A stretch of 64,000 nt of DNA from IMG/VR virus record IMGVR_UViG_3300023174_000048, positions 138,295 to 202,294 of that record, one strand, 5' to 3'. Made by a program: the position numbers and the translations under genes. Positions within the stretch are counted from its first letter, which is position 1. Every line of letters begins with the position of its first letter. Under the pieces are notes generated by a model. It made no database searches. It had not been told where the DNA came from and worked only from the letters and a program-made list of their open reading frames with translations. This document shows positions 28,605 to 37,032 of this stretch, piece after piece. The stretch comes from a virus (taxonomy: Duplodnaviria; Caudoviricetes).

Positions 28605-29642
28605 CTATCTTTTTCTTGATTGAGATGCTTGATTCATTAAATCCATTCTAACGTCGGGTAAATTCCCGTCATCAACAGAGCCCACTTGCTGAATATAATT
28701 CATTTTCTCTTTCATCCTTCTTAAAGAATCTGGAGAATTTAATCCAATAATATCCTCAATTTCTTCCTTGCTTTGTGGTATTAAAAATACTTCCTGAGCA
28801 TTTTTTAATTTCGGATTCATCTCATCAATTTGGGCTTGTTTTTTCGCTTTTTGATTTTTCTCTCTTTGATGAATCATCCAACCATCTAACATATCGTCAT
28901 CTTCAATAACATTGTCTGACGGACACTCAGGATGATCATAAATATTATCATACATTCTAGTTACGCTAACTGTTGTACGCTGATCATCTGTCCAGTCACA
29001 TACTGCTTTATTAAAAACTTTTTCTTTATTGCAGTTCCAGTATGACCTCCACATGGAGCTTCGTGCTAATTCTTTATATGAGTCTATTCCTATATTTTTT
29101 TTATTAACTTCTGTTACTAAATCATTAAAGTAAATATACGATGCTTGGTCACTAGACACTTGTTTGGGAAAAACTCTCATATTATTTTTAAATAATGTAT
29201 TACAAAGTATATACTCATTTTTTATGGATGATGCATATCCTTCTAAACTATGAGAAAATAGATCGTTTTTATAGTCCATAATTTTATTTAATTGATTTCT
29301 ATATTCACTTAATGATCTTTTAATTTTTTTTACTTTATCCGATAATGCTGCTGATAAAAACATATCTACTTTGCTTCTTTCAATCTTTTTTTCTATATCT
29401 TTAATAATCTTGTTTGTGTCCTTTGACCACAGGCCCAAACTAATTAACATATTATCCAAATCTTCTGCTCTAATCCAATCATTATATTTTTCATCATTAA
29501 TAATACTATCATATAATATTTGAGCTTCATACTTAATATCAACAGATGAGTTTTTTAGCTCATATTGCTCATTTTTATATGTGAATAATATTTTTCCTGA
29601 CAACACTCTATATAATAGTAATTCCAGATCAGCATCAGTCAT
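28605..29642 (-). CDS. Hypothetical protein, possible tail assembly chaperone
   Basis: 345-aa helical ORF between tail tube and TMP. Confidence 0.5.
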   Translation of the reverse strand: MTDADLELLLYRVLSGKILFTYKNEQYELKNSSVDIKYEAQILYDSIINDEKYNDWIRAEDLDNMLISLGLWSKDTNKIIKDIEKKIERSKVDMFLSAALSDKVKKIKRSLSEYRNQLNKIMDYKNDLFSHSLEGYASSIKNEYILCNTLFKNNMRVFPKQVSSDQASYIYFNDLVTEVNKKNIGIDSYKELARSSMWRSYWNCNKEKVFNKAVCDWTDDQRTTVSVTRMYDNIYDHPECPSDNVIEDDDMLDGWMIHQREKNQKAKKQAQIDEMNPKLKNAQEVFLIPQSKEEIEDIIGLNSPDSLRRMKEKMNYIQQVGSVDDGNLPDVRMDLMNQASQSRKR

Positions 29643-29644
29643 CC

Positions 29645-29830
29645 TTGTTCCTGGTTTGTTTTAACTTTAGAATTTCAGAATCCTTGTCCTTTAACTGCTG
29701 CTGTAAACGCTCTAGCAGTTTTTGCATATTATACATGTCCACATATAATTTTCCTACTATACTGAATAGTTCATCCATAGTTGTCCTAAGTCCTGTTCAA
29801 TATCCCTTGTCTGCTTACAAATTTAACTAA
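29645..29830 (-). CDS. Small hypothetical protein (uncertain)
   Basis: 61-aa ORF exactly filling the gap. The annotated start may be wrong. Confidence 0.25.
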
Positions 29831-29833
29831 TTA

Positions 29834-30958
29834 TCAGTCACCTACTATGGTGGCATCATTGACACCATCTACAAAACTAATAGCCGTAGGATCAGTACCA
29901 GTGCCGAATGTTCCGCTACCAGTTACAACAAGCTTATTAAAGGTTTGATAGCTATATGTAACAGTAGCATTACCACCACCAGTATCTCCACCATTATAAT
30001 TAACACTTGTTAGTTTATTCTTTTTTCCAAGATCAAGCCTTAATGAATCATTAATACCAGAACCACAAATAACAATATTAACTTCTTTATCTTGTAAATT
30101 CTTATAAACAGTAGAACAGCTTGATGTTTGTGAGCTAAAGTCTGAAGCCTCAACCATATCTCCACTAGCAGCAATAATTTGGAATTCACTAGTAACTTCA
30201 AGAGGGAATGTTACATAACGATAGTATGGAGCCATGGTTCCTAATTCGTAAATTGCTTCACGACCAAGATTAGCACTAATCGTAACACTTTGCATTCTTG
30301 GCTTGCCACCACCAGGAGCAGGAATACCACCGCCAACACCAGTTGGAATAATACTTTGTGTTGTGTTATATTTATAACGTCTAGCAATTGATGGAGCTGT
30401 CATGGTTCCAGCGTCACTGCCTCCACCGAAGGTGCCATTGGAACTTGGAGCCCCATTTAATCCGCTATTCCATACTTTATTATTTCCAACAAGAGTAATG
30501 TCTTCTGTAGCATTTCCTTCAACAGGAATTGTATAGCTAATGCTTGATAAATACATTCCGCTGCAATCAACATAATTAGTTGGTGTTCCAGTAGCAGCTG
30601 TTAAATCGTCACTATAAAGACCTAAACGAACGTTAACTCTATTATTTGCTAAAGCAACAAGTTCTTTTCCACTAGCACTAGCAGGACCAGCGCTTCCACC
30701 CATACATAATAGGTATAGTGGGAATGTTCCATCAATAACTTTGCTCATTGTAACTTCAACTTCAGGAACATTTTCAATGTTGTCATAAAGTTCGATTTGA
30801 CCTAATTGGAAAACTTGTTCTAGTGTGAAGTTTGTTGTGATACCTATGCTCTGTAAGCCTCTGGGGTAGTACCAGTTACCATTAACTGATGTTCCGTCTA
30901 CGTTTTGTCCTTTAAGAGCAACACCTTGTGTGGCGTAAAAAATTCTATTAAATGGCAT
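29834..30958 (-). CDS. Major tail tube protein with internal duplication
   Basis: Lies after the tail terminator. Two copies of QS(I/V).I..N...E..(F/Y).LG and LS/TS(I/V).Y......GNAT. Confidence 0.7.
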   Translation of the reverse strand: MPFNRIFYATQGVALKGQNVDGTSVNGNWYYPRGLQSIGITTNFTLEQVFQLGQIELYDNIENVPEVEVTMSKVIDGTFPLYLLCMGGSAGPASASGKELVALANNRVNVRLGLYSDDLTAATGTPTNYVDCSGMYLSSISYTIPVEGNATEDITLVGNNKVWNSGLNGAPSSNGTFGGGSDAGTMTAPSIARRYKYNTTQSIIPTGVGGGIPAPGGGKPRMQSVTISANLGREAIYELGTMAPYYRYVTFPLEVTSEFQIIAASGDMVEASDFSSQTSSCSTVYKNLQDKEVNIVICGSGINDSLRLDLGKKNKLTSVNYNGGDTGGGNATVTYSYQTFNKLVVTGSGTFGTGTDPTAISFVDGVNDATIVGD

Positions 30959-30997
30959 TTGTATTCTCCGAATAAGGGGTGTTTTGATTTATATGTA

Positions 30998-31006
30998 ATA
31001 TACACC
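30998..31006 (-). promoter_or_regulatory. Putative late-promoter motif (GGTGTATAT)
   Basis: 40 nt upstream of the tail tube ATG. Confidence 0.6.
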
Positions 31007-31009
31007 AAG

Positions 31010-31945
31010 TCATGGAAAAATTTCTATCGACCATCTGATAAGACCATTATATAAGTTGCTGCTCAAAGTATTCATTTCGCCAAGACTGCTACTTTTAATA
31101 TTACACCAATACTGCCTAAAATTAGATACCAAATCAGGATAATTTTGTCCATTTCGATTAATACTTCCTTCAGAAGTTAATGAATAAACTTGGTTTTTGG
31201 CTACTTTATCAGAGTCGTATAAAAATAAAACTTTATCTTTTTGAGCTAATAATATGTCAATTAAAATGTTTCTTTGGGTTGCTGTTGGAGAGAAAACGTG
31301 AAGAAAAACATCCTGAGTCCAAACATTTTGAGTAGTTCCTAATTGGAAAGGAGTTAATTCTGTTCTTGGAGCAAGCTCTATCATAACTGCTGGTAATTGA
31401 ACTCTATGAACAGAGGTAATAGCATAATCTCCATTGGGTTTATAATTAGCCGGATTATATGTTTCTTTTTGAACCTCTTTCCACCATAATGAATCACTAG
31501 ATTTATAAGTTTGAATATATCTATATGAATATCCTGCAGTAACAGAACTAGTGGCCGAAACAGCATTAGTAAATTTAATTTGACCTAATGGATAATTTAC
31601 AGAATATGTATAACTACCACTTCCTGATGGAGCAGGCAAGAGGGTATTATTTAAATATACTCCAGAGAATAAAGACGGCGAAACTCCACTGTATACTATT
31701 CCTGATTCGTAAACCCAATCTTTTCTTGGGGCCTCCCATAATCTATTTCCTGCAATAGTCGGGTCGGTTGACAACTTTAATGTTTGAAAACCAACTGTTC
31801 CGGTTATAGCCACTGTTGGAGTTGATACATTTATGAATCCTCCAATATTTAAAAATGACCAATCTAGAAAACTCTTTAAATTGTCTTCTAAATTTGATAT
31901 TTTATCTTTATATGTTATTGAGCCAACATTATGAAATTGTGTCAT
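31010..31945 (-). CDS. Putative tail terminator/completion protein
   Basis: Synteny (immediately upstream of tail tube) and RVQLPAVMIE..PFQLG motif. Confidence 0.5.
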   Translation of the reverse strand: MTQFHNVGSITYKDKISNLEDNLKSFLDWSFLNIGGFINVSTPTVAITGTVGFQTLKLSTDPTIAGNRLWEAPRKDWVYESGIVYSGVSPSLFSGVYLNNTLLPAPSGSGSYTYSVNYPLGQIKFTNAVSATSSVTAGYSYRYIQTYKSSDSLWWKEVQKETYNPANYKPNGDYAITSVHRVQLPAVMIELAPRTELTPFQLGTTQNVWTQDVFLHVFSPTATQRNILIDILLAQKDKVLFLYDSDKVAKNQVYSLTSEGSINRNGQNYPDLVSNFRQYWCNIKSSSLGEMNTLSSNLYNGLIRWSIEIFP

Positions 31946-32583
31946 AGATTTTTTTCTATATTCTCTTGAATAATTTTATAGACACTATCTTCTACACTAT
32001 TTATGGCCCTGGTTGTCCAATTATCATTTTCTGTTCCGGCAAACTGTGGAGGAACTCTCCAAGAACTTGACGATGGAATCATAATGGCCATTCCTGATCT
32101 TGAATATGGAGATGGAAAATATGATACCTCATAGTTTTTAACTAATATTTCATTACCTTTTAATAATAGCCATTCTAGCCATGGCAAAGAATATCCACTA
32201 GCATCTTTTACAGACGCTGGTTCGGTATATATTACTCCATTCATATCATCAGATTTCATCATTGTAAGCACGAATCCACCAGATAAACCTTTATTTGTAA
32301 CTTTTATATCGTTTCTTTGAACAGCTAATGTCTCTATTAGAGCGTCTATGACAGAATTGATTGAAGTAGCATCAGCTATGCCTAATTCAGCTTTTAGCGT
32401 TCCTGTCATTAAAGAAGAATATTCTGGTTGGTTTCTTAAAGATTCACTAATAAGAATTTTAATTTCTGTTGAGATTTTTGGAAGGGCTGTATTGATAGCT
32501 TTATCTAGAATAATCTTTAATTCATCCATGATTAGTTTAGAAATTTGACTATCAGTTTCTAACAATCGTAAAGAAAATTTCAT
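31942..32583 (-). CDS. Putative neck/tail-completion protein
   Basis: Synteny within the head-tail joining module. 4-nt overlaps with both neighbours. Confidence 0.45.
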   Translation of the reverse strand: MKFSLRLLETDSQISKLIMDELKIILDKAINTALPKISTEIKILISESLRNQPEYSSLMTGTLKAELGIADATSINSVIDALIETLAVQRNDIKVTNKGLSGGFVLTMMKSDDMNGVIYTEPASVKDASGYSLPWLEWLLLKGNEILVKNYEVSYFPSPYSRSGMAIMIPSSSSWRVPPQFAGTENDNWTTRAINSVEDSVYKIIQENIEKNL

Positions 32584-33113
32584 TTACGTTTCCACATGGT
32601 TATAATATATGAATTATTACCAAGTCCTGCCGGTTCTGGATCTCCAGCTCTTTCATAAGTATAATTACCATATTTGCTGATCTTAGAGTCTATAATAATT
32701 TCAGAAGCATTTTTAATTTTGGGTAAAAGTTCAACTTTACATATTGTTTGAACCATTCCATCTGGAATATTAATGGTTTTTGAAGACCAATTCATCCAAT
32801 ATTTACTATCGAATATGCAAGCTAAATATACTGTTTCGCTTGAGGATGATGATGTTGTCATGCCCATACCCATACAAGAAGGACATATTGAACCTTCTGG
32901 AAATGGATTTGGTCCTCTATTATTATATTTATTTGAAGATAATCCAGATATAGTATCAAAAATACAGTTATTACAATAAACAGTATTTCCCGCACCAGAG
33001 TATTTAAAAATACAAGGAACAGTCAATGCTGTGGTTTCCAACAAAGAGTCTATGGCGTCTTTATATAATTGTTTAAATTCTGAATTTATTAAACTAGAAA
33101 AAGGATTTGTCAT
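32580..33113 (-). CDS. Putative head-closure/stopper protein
   Basis: Synteny. Contains CNNC and CPSC pairs. Confidence 0.45.
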   Translation of the reverse strand: MTNPFSSLINSEFKQLYKDAIDSLLETTALTVPCIFKYSGAGNTVYCNNCIFDTISGLSSNKYNNRGPNPFPEGSICPSCMGMGMTTSSSSSETVYLACIFDSKYWMNWSSKTINIPDGMVQTICKVELLPKIKNASEIIIDSKISKYGNYTYERAGDPEPAGLGNNSYIITMWKRK

Positions 33114-33307
33114 TTTGATATATAAACCATATTTGGTGGACTATTTTGCAAATCAACAGATGTTTTAGTTAAATTTTGACTATATTGTAGAATAATTTTA
33201 GAAATACTAATAGTATTTGTAATAAGATTATTCATGGATATTGATAGAGTTGACTGCTCTATATTAACATATCCAATAGAGTTATAGTTTTCTTTAACAA
33301 TATTCAT
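33110..33307 (-). CDS. Small hypothetical protein
   Basis: 65 aa, with start/stop overlaps to both neighbours. Confidence 0.4.
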   Translation of the reverse strand: MNIVKENYNSIGYVNIEQSTLSISMNNLITNTISISKIILQYSQNLTKTSVDLQNSPPNMVYISK

Positions 33308-33549
33308 TATGGATTATTGGCTGGTGGAGTTTTAGCTTCTCCTGGAACTCCGGGTGCAGAAGGAGCATAAGGAGCGTCTTTATCAACTATTGCCTGAATG
33401 CATAATTGTGCCCATAATTCGGCTTCTGTAGCGGATGCCCAAGGTGTTGAGTCTGGCCAATCTGGTTGATATACAATTGGCTCAGTTCGTCCTTCAGTAA
33501 AAATATTAATCGCAAAACTATTGGGATCTACTGTGTAAGTTAAATTCAT
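33307..33549 (-). CDS. Small hypothetical virion-associated protein
   Basis: 80 aa, GGAG SD upstream. YQPDWPDSTPW motif. Confidence 0.5.
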   Translation of the reverse strand: MNLTYTVDPNSFAINIFTEGRTEPIVYQPDWPDSTPWASATEAELWAQLCIQAIVDKDAPYAPSAPGVPGEAKTPPANNP

Positions 33550-33580
33550 AAAATCATCTCCTATATTTAAAATTAAAATA

Positions 33581-34894
33581 TTATGTAATACTATACCAAT
33601 TGTCTGTAGTTATTGATCTTTGTGTCCAAGATATTCCATTTGTTGATGTTGCTACTATACTACCATTACCAATAGCAATAAAAGTACTGTTTTTATATAT
33701 TATACTACTCCACTGATTAGCAAAAATAGTTTGACTTGACCAACTGGATGTATTGCTAGATAGGGCAACAGCCGATGAGCCGTTTGCTATGGCAACATAA
33801 ACTCCATTACCATAGGCTACTGTTGTCCAATAATCAGAAGATGGCAGTGTTGCAGAAGTCCAGCTTATTCCATCTGAACTAATTAAAACATCGTTTGTAT
33901 TAGCGCCAACAATCACAAAATTACCATTTCCAAAAGTTATGTCTTTCCATTCTCTGGATAATGGCAATGATCTTTGAGTCCATGTGGTGCCATTTGTTGA
34001 TGTTGCTATTGTTGATGATGAATCTACTATAGCAACAAATATACCATTCCCATATACTACAGATTTCCATGTGGCACTAGCTGGTAGATTTACTGCGTTC
34101 CAAGTTAATCCATCAGACGATGTGGCAGCAATATATGATGTTGATAGCACAAGGAATATACCATTAGCATAGATTGCCTTCGTCCATTGATTATTGACAT
34201 TAGCAATATTAAAATTATTACTGGCCCAAGTTATACCATTCGACGAATAATCATAATCTGAACTATTATATGCACATGCTATAACTTTATTGCTTCCAGA
34301 AGCTACGCCTGTCCAATATCTAGAAGCTGTTAAATTATTAATATTCCATGTTGCTCCATTATTTGTAGAAGCTGCTGATCTGTTACTATTAAAGGCCACA
34401 GCAACAGGAAAACCCCCAACAGGATATACAACGGGTATTGTGGGATCGGGTGTTGGACTTGGTTCTGGCATTGGGCTTGGTTCTGGCGTTGAAGTAACAG
34501 TTTGAGTAATTGATGGAGTAGGGGTGACGTAAGGAGTAACAGATATTGTTGGTGTTACTGTCATTGTTGGTGTTACTGTTTGAGTTACTGAAATTGTTGG
34601 AGTTTGTGTTGGACTTATACTAATTGTGGGAGTAACAGTTCTTGTTTGTGTTGGAGTTTTGGTAACTGTGCGAGTTGGTGTTCTTGTTACTCCGGGCAGT
34701 GCTGCTCCTGGCCCAAGCTTATAATAAGCAGGATCATCAAACTTTTCATCATATTTATCTATATCGGATGGATTAATTGGATCAGTATCTTTTGAGCTAT
34801 CATAGCGACCTATTCCTTGTCCACCTGTATTTACAGTACTAGAACCATTACTTATTGGTTTGTCTTCTCTTGCTTTTGAAATATCTGTCATCAA
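33581..34894 (-). CDS. Virion protein with T/P-rich linker and beta-propeller (W..VAYGNG.FVA repeats)
   Basis: TVTP/PEPSP run, then ~5-6 repeats such as WKSVVYGNGIFVA, WKDITFGNGNFVI and WTTVAYGNGVYVA. Confidence 0.65.
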   Translation of the reverse strand: MMTDISKAREDKPISNGSSTVNTGGQGIGRYDSSKDTDPINPSDIDKYDEKFDDPAYYKLGPGAALPGVTRTPTRTVTKTPTQTRTVTPTISISPTQTPTISVTQTVTPTMTVTPTISVTPYVTPTPSITQTVTSTPEPSPMPEPSPTPDPTIPVVYPVGGFPVAVAFNSNRSAASTNNGATWNINNLTASRYWTGVASGSNKVIACAYNSSDYDYSSNGITWASNNFNIANVNNQWTKAIYANGIFLVLSTSYIAATSSDGLTWNAVNLPASATWKSVVYGNGIFVAIVDSSSTIATSTNGTTWTQRSLPLSREWKDITFGNGNFVIVGANTNDVLISSDGISWTSATLPSSDYWTTVAYGNGVYVAIANGSSAVALSSNTSSWSSQTIFANQWSSIIYKNSTFIAIGNGSIVATSTNGISWTQRSITTDNWYSIT

Positions 34895-34914
34895 TATATC
34901 CTTTATTTATAAGA

Positions 34915-35913
34915 TTATGGTTTGTATGTTAGTACAAGTTTCCAGCCACCTATTGATCCAGAAATTGTGGGATCGGTATCTTTTACTATGAGATTCCAAA
35001 CTCCGGTTACGCTATTTCCAAATAAATGATTAAAATTATATGCTAAAGTTTCATTTGAGTATTTGATAGAGTTTATTTTTTGACTATTATTATATATATT
35101 ACATAGATTACCGTTAGATACATTATGTAGATATACTGTTGGTAGTGCTTTATTAGAAAACATAAAACTAAAGTTATTACTATTATTAGATATTTTATGA
35201 TTACCAGCCAAGAGTATTTTATTACCAGAAGGTGGAGCTAATAGTAATTGCAAATCTTGTGGAGATGAATGGTTTAGATTATTTATAACAAGTTCCACAT
35301 TTTCTATTTGTCTGGTATCTGTTGTAGAAACTGATCCAGTAACGGATGATAGGTCGGGTATTTGTAGTGACGATCCTTCATATACTTTAGAATAAATATC
35401 AATGTCTAAACAGTCAGTTTTTAAGCATAGATCTTCAGCATCTGGTACTGGGGTGGTTGTAGGAGTTGATGTTCCCCCATCGGTATTGCCTCCTGCTGTT
35501 CCTGTGCCGGTTCCTGTACCTGAGTTTGTCTGTAATAGTTGACAATTTGGAAATGGAGTTTGTCGTTTCTGAATAGTTATAGAACCAGAAACTAATCTAA
35601 TAACTTTGGTTCCTTGTATAAGATCTAAATCATATACGGCACTATTGAATGAATATAATTTAGTTAATGAATTATCAAGCTTTAAACTAATAAGACCTTT
35701 ATCAGAACCAATTAAAGAATAATTACTAGCCTGAGTTGTTGTTGAGAAAGATGTTGTTGCATCTACTCCTGAATTGGGTATCATTTGTAAAACAACACAA
35801 GAATTCTGATTATTGCTTAGGTCAACAGGATTATTATTTTCATCATTATATTGAAAATTAATTTCAAAATCAGAACCCTGTTCAATAATAAAATTATAAT
35901 TTACTGCTGGCAT
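34915..35913 (-). CDS. BppU-like adaptor fused to a proprotein-convertase P-domain
   Basis: N-terminal YNFIIEQGSDF..YDLDL and C-terminal IENVELVINNLNHSSPQDLQLLLAPPSG..GVWNLIVKDT..GSIGGWKL. Confidence 0.6.
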   Translation of the reverse strand: MPAVNYNFIIEQGSDFEINFQYNDENNNPVDLSNNQNSCVVLQMIPNSGVDATTSFSTTTQASNYSLIGSDKGLISLKLDNSLTKLYSFNSAVYDLDLIQGTKVIRLVSGSITIQKRQTPFPNCQLLQTNSGTGTGTGTAGGNTDGGTSTPTTTPVPDAEDLCLKTDCLDIDIYSKVYEGSSLQIPDLSSVTGSVSTTDTRQIENVELVINNLNHSSPQDLQLLLAPPSGNKILLAGNHKISNNSNNFSFMFSNKALPTVYLHNVSNGNLCNIYNNSQKINSIKYSNETLAYNFNHLFGNSVTGVWNLIVKDTDPTISGSIGGWKLVLTYKP

Positions 35914-35925
35914 AAGATTTCCTTA

Positions 35926-36435
35926 TTAAAATAAGTCTCGTCCTCTATTATCAGAGAATAGTGATCGTGGATCAAATTTGTTACCAACAAACGGACCAAG
36001 AATTGCTCTAACAGCAGTAGCCTGACTAACATCCCAGTGAGAAGTTAATTCTTCGTATGATGCGCATGGGCCATTTTCTAATATCTTAATAAATCCTTCA
36101 AGACTACCTTTAACTGTTAGGGTGGCTGGTCCAAGAGCTGCTCTTATGCCTTCTAATGCTGCTTTTGTTCTTAAGGCGCTTTGATCAACTATACAAGCAG
36201 CTTTCAAAGATACTAAACTAATAAAAATCTCATCATTATCATCAGTAGGGTCAGGACTAATATTGCCCTCTACGACATCAACATTATATAAATGGTCAAG
36301 AACAACGTCAAATTGAACATATTTAGCAGCGACTGCTATTATTTGTTTTAATCTTTCATCGCTATATGTTGGTTGATCACTTAAATCATTAATAAGTGTT
36401 CTTACGATTATTGGTATTTCAATATCCCAAGACAT
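35926..36435 (-). CDS. Putative head-tail adaptor/connector
   Basis: Helical 169 aa (VRTLINDL..YSDERL..IAVAA) at the start of the head-tail joining module. Confidence 0.5.
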   Translation of the reverse strand: MSWDIEIPIIVRTLINDLSDQPTYSDERLKQIIAVAAKYVQFDVVLDHLYNVDVVEGNISPDPTDDNDEIFISLVSLKAACIVDQSALRTKAALEGIRAALGPATLTVKGSLEGFIKILENGPCASYEELTSHWDVSQATAVRAILGPFVGNKFDPRSLFSDNRGRDLF

Positions 36436-36487
36436 AATATGGCCTTTTTTAAAAATGAAATCTTAAGTACTTATAGGCTTTATCTAT

Positions 36488-36496
36488 TTATACACT
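36488..36496 (-). promoter_or_regulatory. Putative late-promoter motif (AGTGTATAA)
   Basis: 53 nt upstream of ATG 36435. The context AGTGTATAAATAGA also contains TATAAATA. Confidence 0.55.
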
Positions 36497-36498
36497 TT

Positions 36499-36846
36499 TT
36501 AAACTGATCCTGATGGATTTGGGAGCTGGTCCTGAATAGTCACAGTACCATCTTCATTCATTGTGAATTGACCAATTAAACCTAATCCTGACGATATTGA
36601 TTCTGGTTTAATATTGGCTATTAATTGACCAAGAGCATAATGTAATTCGAACACCTCTTTGGCATCTGTTCCTAATGCTTGTGCTATTTCTGAAGGAGTT
36701 GCTCGTGGATTGCTCCAAAAGGTTCGTGACCCCATATTAAAAGCATTAACCATAGACTGAAATGTTTGTCTAGCAGTAACTTTGATGTTTCCTGCTATAA
36801 CTTCTGGAACGGTTTTTTGTGACGATGAATTATCTAGAATACTCAT
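36499..36846 (-). CDS. Hypothetical protein
   Basis: 115-aa ORF in the operon. Confidence 0.5.
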   Translation of the reverse strand: MSILDNSSSQKTVPEVIAGNIKVTARQTFQSMVNAFNMGSRTFWSNPRATPSEIAQALGTDAKEVFELHYALGQLIANIKPESISSGLGLIGQFTMNEDGTVTIQDQLPNPSGSV

Positions 36847-37025
36847 AAATTTTCTCCATTATTAGGATTTTGTAATTGTAAATAGTTTGATACTAGTTCA
36901 TTAACTTCTTCTTGGGTTGGATAGTGGTCAAATCTGAAGAATTGACTAGAATTTTCGTCAATAACTACTCTTACCCTATATTTATCAGCTTCGTCAAGAA
37001 AAACTTCAGTAATTTTATAGTTCAT
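36843..37025 (-). CDS. Small hypothetical protein
   Basis: 60 aa, GAGG SD upstream, 4-nt overlap with the next gene. Confidence 0.5.
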   Translation of the reverse strand: MNYKITEVFLDEADKYRVRVVIDENSSQFFRFDHYPTQEEVNELVSNYLQLQNPNNGENL

Positions 37026-37032
37026 ATTATCC

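Noticed and set aside
29834-36435. Contractile tail sheath/baseplate (myovirus)
   Set aside because: No sheath-sized gene lies between the neck genes and the tube, and no gp25/baseplate-J-like motifs were recognised.
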